This document shows positions 37,887-40,570 of a stretch of DNA of 40,570 nucleotides, piece by piece. The number at the start of each line of letters is the position of its first letter. The stretch's first letter is position 1. This stretch comes from Oceanospirillaceae bacterium (GTDB lineage: Bacteria; Pseudomonadota; Gammaproteobacteria; Pseudomonadales; Balneatricaceae), in NCBI GenBank assembly GCA_013373575.1, contig JABXHP010000111.1:1-40570 (forward strand). The letters run 5' to 3'. The notes beneath the pieces were generated by a model that was given only the letters and a program-made list of their open reading frames with translations, made no database searches and had not been told where the DNA came from. A program made the translations under genes and the position numbers.

Positions 37887-40544
37887 TCAGAGCGTCCAAG
37901 GCGCTGCTTTTTCGGGGTTAATGTTGAACTTCGTAATCGCCTGAGCGACAACAGAGGCTTTGATCTTGCCCTCTTCCTGCAGCGCTTTAAGTGCTGCAAC
38001 TACTACATAGTGGCGATCAACTTCGAAGAAGTTACGCAGTTTTGTACGGGTATCTGAACGACCGAAACCGTCAGTACCTAGCACTTTGTAGCGGCGTGGA
38101 ATGTACTCGCGAAGCTGGTCAGCATACATACGCATGTAGTCAGTCGATGCAATGACAGGACCCTCATGACCTTTCAGACACTGCTCAAGGTAAGACTCGC
38201 GCGGCTCATCTTCTGGATGCAGAAGATTCCAACGAGACACTTCCATTGCATCACGCTTGAGCTCGTTGATCGAGGTGGTGCTCCATACATCAGACTCAAC
38301 ACCAAACTCGCTACGCAGAATTTCAGCACCCGCTTCTACTTCACGCAGAATGGAACCACAGCCAAACAGTTGAACCTTGAGGTCTGCCTTCTTGCCCTCT
38401 TTCAGGAGGTACATACCCTTAACGATGCCCTCTTCAGCGCCCTGTGGCATCTCTGGGTGCTGGTAGTTCTCGTTCAAGGTTGTGATGTAGTAGAACTTGT
38501 TCTCCTGCTCTTGGTACATACGACGCATACCGTCCTGCACAATTACCGCTACTTCATAGCCGTAAGTAGGATCGTAAGAGACACAGTTCGGGATCATCTG
38601 AGCCATCAGATGGCTATGACCATCTTGGTGCTGCAGACCTTCGCCGTTCAGCGTTGTACGACCTGAGGTCGCACCAATCAGGAAGCCACGAGCCTGAGAG
38701 TCACCAGCAGCCCAAGTCAGGTCCATTACGCGCTGGAAACCGAACATGGAGTAGAAGATGTAAAACGGCACCATGGTGCAGTTGTTGTTGGAATACGAAG
38801 TCGCACAAGCCAACCAAGCCGAGAAAGCACCCGATTCGTTGATACCCTCTTCCAGAATCTGGCCGTTCTTAGACTCTTTGTAGAACATAATCTGGTCAGC
38901 ATCGACAGGGGTGTACTTCTGACCACCCGATGAGTAGATACCGAGCTGACGGAACATACCTTCCATACCAAAGGTACGCGCTTCGTCTGGAACGATAGGT
39001 ACAACTCGCTCACCCATCTGTTTGTCTTTGACGATAACACTGAGTACACGGTTGAGCGCCATCTGAGTCGACAGTGAGCGCTCTCCGCTTGACTTCAGTT
39101 GGCCAGCGAAGGCCTCGAGAGCCGGAGTATCAAGTTTTTCGCACTCGGTGCGACGCACGGGGTAGAAGCCACCGAGGCGCTTACGCGCTTCGAACATGTA
39201 CTTCATCTCAGGTGAGTCTGGTGCTGGACGGTAGTACGGCACCTCTTTGAGTTTGTCGTCTTCAACAGGAATGTTGAACCGATCTCGGAAATCTTTCAGG
39301 TCATCAACACCCACTTTCTTCATTGAGTGAGTATCGTTTTTCGCTTCGCCTGACTTACCTGTACCGTAACCTTTAACGGTCTGCGCTAGGATGACAGTCG
39401 GCTGACCTTTATGTTCTACAGCGGCTTTGAAGGCGGCGTAAACTTTGTACGGATCGTGACCACCGCGGTTCAGGTTCATAATGTCGTCATCGGACATATC
39501 TTTGACCATATCCAGCAGTTCTGGGTACTTACCGAAGAAGTGCTCACGGGTGTATGCACCACCGTTCGCTTTCATGTTCTGCAGCTCGCCATCAACCACT
39601 TCGTCCATGCGCTTCTGCAACAAACCTGTTGTATCGCGCTCAAACAGAGGATCCCAGTGGCGGCCCCAGAGACACTTAATTACGTTCCAGCCGGCACCGC
39701 GGAACACGCCCTCAAGCTCTTGAACAATTTTGCCGTTACCGCGAACCGGGCCATCAAGGCGCTGGAGGTTACAGTTAACAACGAAGATTAGGTTTTCCAG
39801 ACCCTCGCGACCCGCCAGGGAGATAGCGCCGAGTGATTCAGGCTCATCACACTCACCATCACCGAGGAATGCCCAGACTTTACGATCACCACGTTTCACG
39901 AGGTCACGTGCTGAGAGGTAACGCATCACATGCGCTTGGTAGATCGCTTGAATTGGACCTAGACCCATAGAAACCGTCGGGAACTGCCAAAAATCGGGCA
40001 TCAACCAAGGGTGCGGGTATGAAGAGAGACCATTTCCATCAACTTCGCGACGGAAATTGTCCAACTGCTCTTCTGTTAGACGACCTTCGAGGTAAGCGCG
40101 AGCGTAAATGCCGGGAGAGATGTGGCCTTGGAAAAAGACCATGTCTGCATCCTGCTCACCCTCTGGGCCTCGGAAGAAGTGGTTAAAACCGATATCGTAC
40201 AGTGTCGCAGAGGATGAAAACGATGAAATATGACCGCCGAGGCCTTCATCGTTGTCATTGGCACGCATAACCATCGCCATAGCATTCCAACGAATGAATG
40301 AGCGGATGCGGCGCTCCATAAAGAGGTCGCCAGGAAGCGGTGGCTCATCTTTTGGGGAGATTGTGTTCTTGTAAGGTGTGGTCAGTACGGAGCTGTTATC
40401 TACACCAAGCTCTGCGGCTTTGTGGCCGAGTTTTGACAGGATGTACTTCGCGCGCTCGTTACCATCGCTTTTGGCGACGGATTCGAGTGCTTGCAACCAT
40501 TCGTCCGTTTCAATCGGATCGATATCGTTCGTTAAGTCTTGCAC
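37887..40544 (-). CDS. aceE: Pyruvate dehydrogenase E1, homodimeric type (start probably GTG at 40544)
   Basis: DIDPIETDEW, LSSYPHPWLMP, TPP motif GDGE...NCN, EGLQHQDGHS; AAGGGAG upstream of the GTG. Confidence 0.97.
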   Translation of the reverse strand: MQDLTNDIDPIETDEWLQALESVAKSDGNERAKYILSKLGHKAAELGVDNSSVLTTPYKNTISPKDEPPLPGDLFMERRIRSFIRWNAMAMVMRANDNDEGLGGHISSFSSSATLYDIGFNHFFRGPEGEQDADMVFFQGHISPGIYARAYLEGRLTEEQLDNFRREVDGNGLSSYPHPWLMPDFWQFPTVSMGLGPIQAIYQAHVMRYLSARDLVKRGDRKVWAFLGDGECDEPESLGAISLAGREGLENLIFVVNCNLQRLDGPVRGNGKIVQELEGVFRGAGWNVIKCLWGRHWDPLFERDTTGLLQKRMDEVVDGELQNMKANGGAYTREHFFGKYPELLDMVKDMSDDDIMNLNRGGHDPYKVYAAFKAAVEHKGQPTVILAQTVKGYGTGKSGEAKNDTHSMKKVGVDDLKDFRDRFNIPVEDDKLKEVPYYRPAPDSPEMKYMFEARKRLGGFYPVRRTECEKLDTPALEAFAGQLKSSGERSLSTQMALNRVLSVIVKDKQMGERVVPIVPDEARTFGMEGMFRQLGIYSSGGQKYTPVDADQIMFYKESKNGQILEEGINESGAFSAWLACATSYSNNNCTMVPFYIFYSMFGFQRVMDLTWAAGDSQARGFLIGATSGRTTLNGEGLQHQDGHSHLMAQMIPNCVSYDPTYGYEVAVIVQDGMRRMYQEQENKFYYITTLNENYQHPEMPQGAEEGIVKGMYLLKEGKKADLKVQLFGCGSILREVEAGAEILRSEFGVESDVWSTTSINELKRDAMEVSRWNLLHPEDEPRESYLEQCLKGHEGPVIASTDYMRMYADQLREYIPRRYKVLGTDGFGRSDTRTKLRNFFEVDRHYVVVAALKALQEEGKIKASVVAQAITKFNINPEKAAPWTL

Positions 40545-40570
40545 CAGCAATCTCCCTTGTGCACGTTCCT

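Overview
Core-genome segment of a gammaproteobacterium. An Oceanospirillales-like origin is inferred from gene order and protein style, not demonstrated. Contents in window order: 5' end of secA; lpxC; the dcw cluster on the minus strand (mraZ-rsmH-ftsL-ftsI-murE-murF-mraY-murD-ftsW-murG-murC-ddl-ftsQ-ftsZ); a ~4.5 kb accessory block; rnpB; rsmI; lpoA-yraN-diaA/gmhA-like-dolP; sspAB; petABC; rplM-rpsI; zapE; cidA/lrgB; an orphan TolC/LapE-like gene; aceEF. I saw no mobile element, tRNA, rRNA or CRISPR array. Two things stand out. (1) ftsA is missing between ftsQ and ftsZ, and FtsZ has a divergent, apparently duplicated C-terminal peptide. (2) The block between rnpB and mraZ encodes a soluble GGEEF diguanylate cyclase followed by a 92-aa protein built from tandem (D/E)RR motifs including YxGxDRR (candidate c-di-GMP binder or sponge). 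These are followed by an sRNA- or attenuator-like element, a D-lactate dehydrogenase-like gene and a DUF4432 epimerase-like gene. All calls come from reading the sequence and translations; no searches were run.
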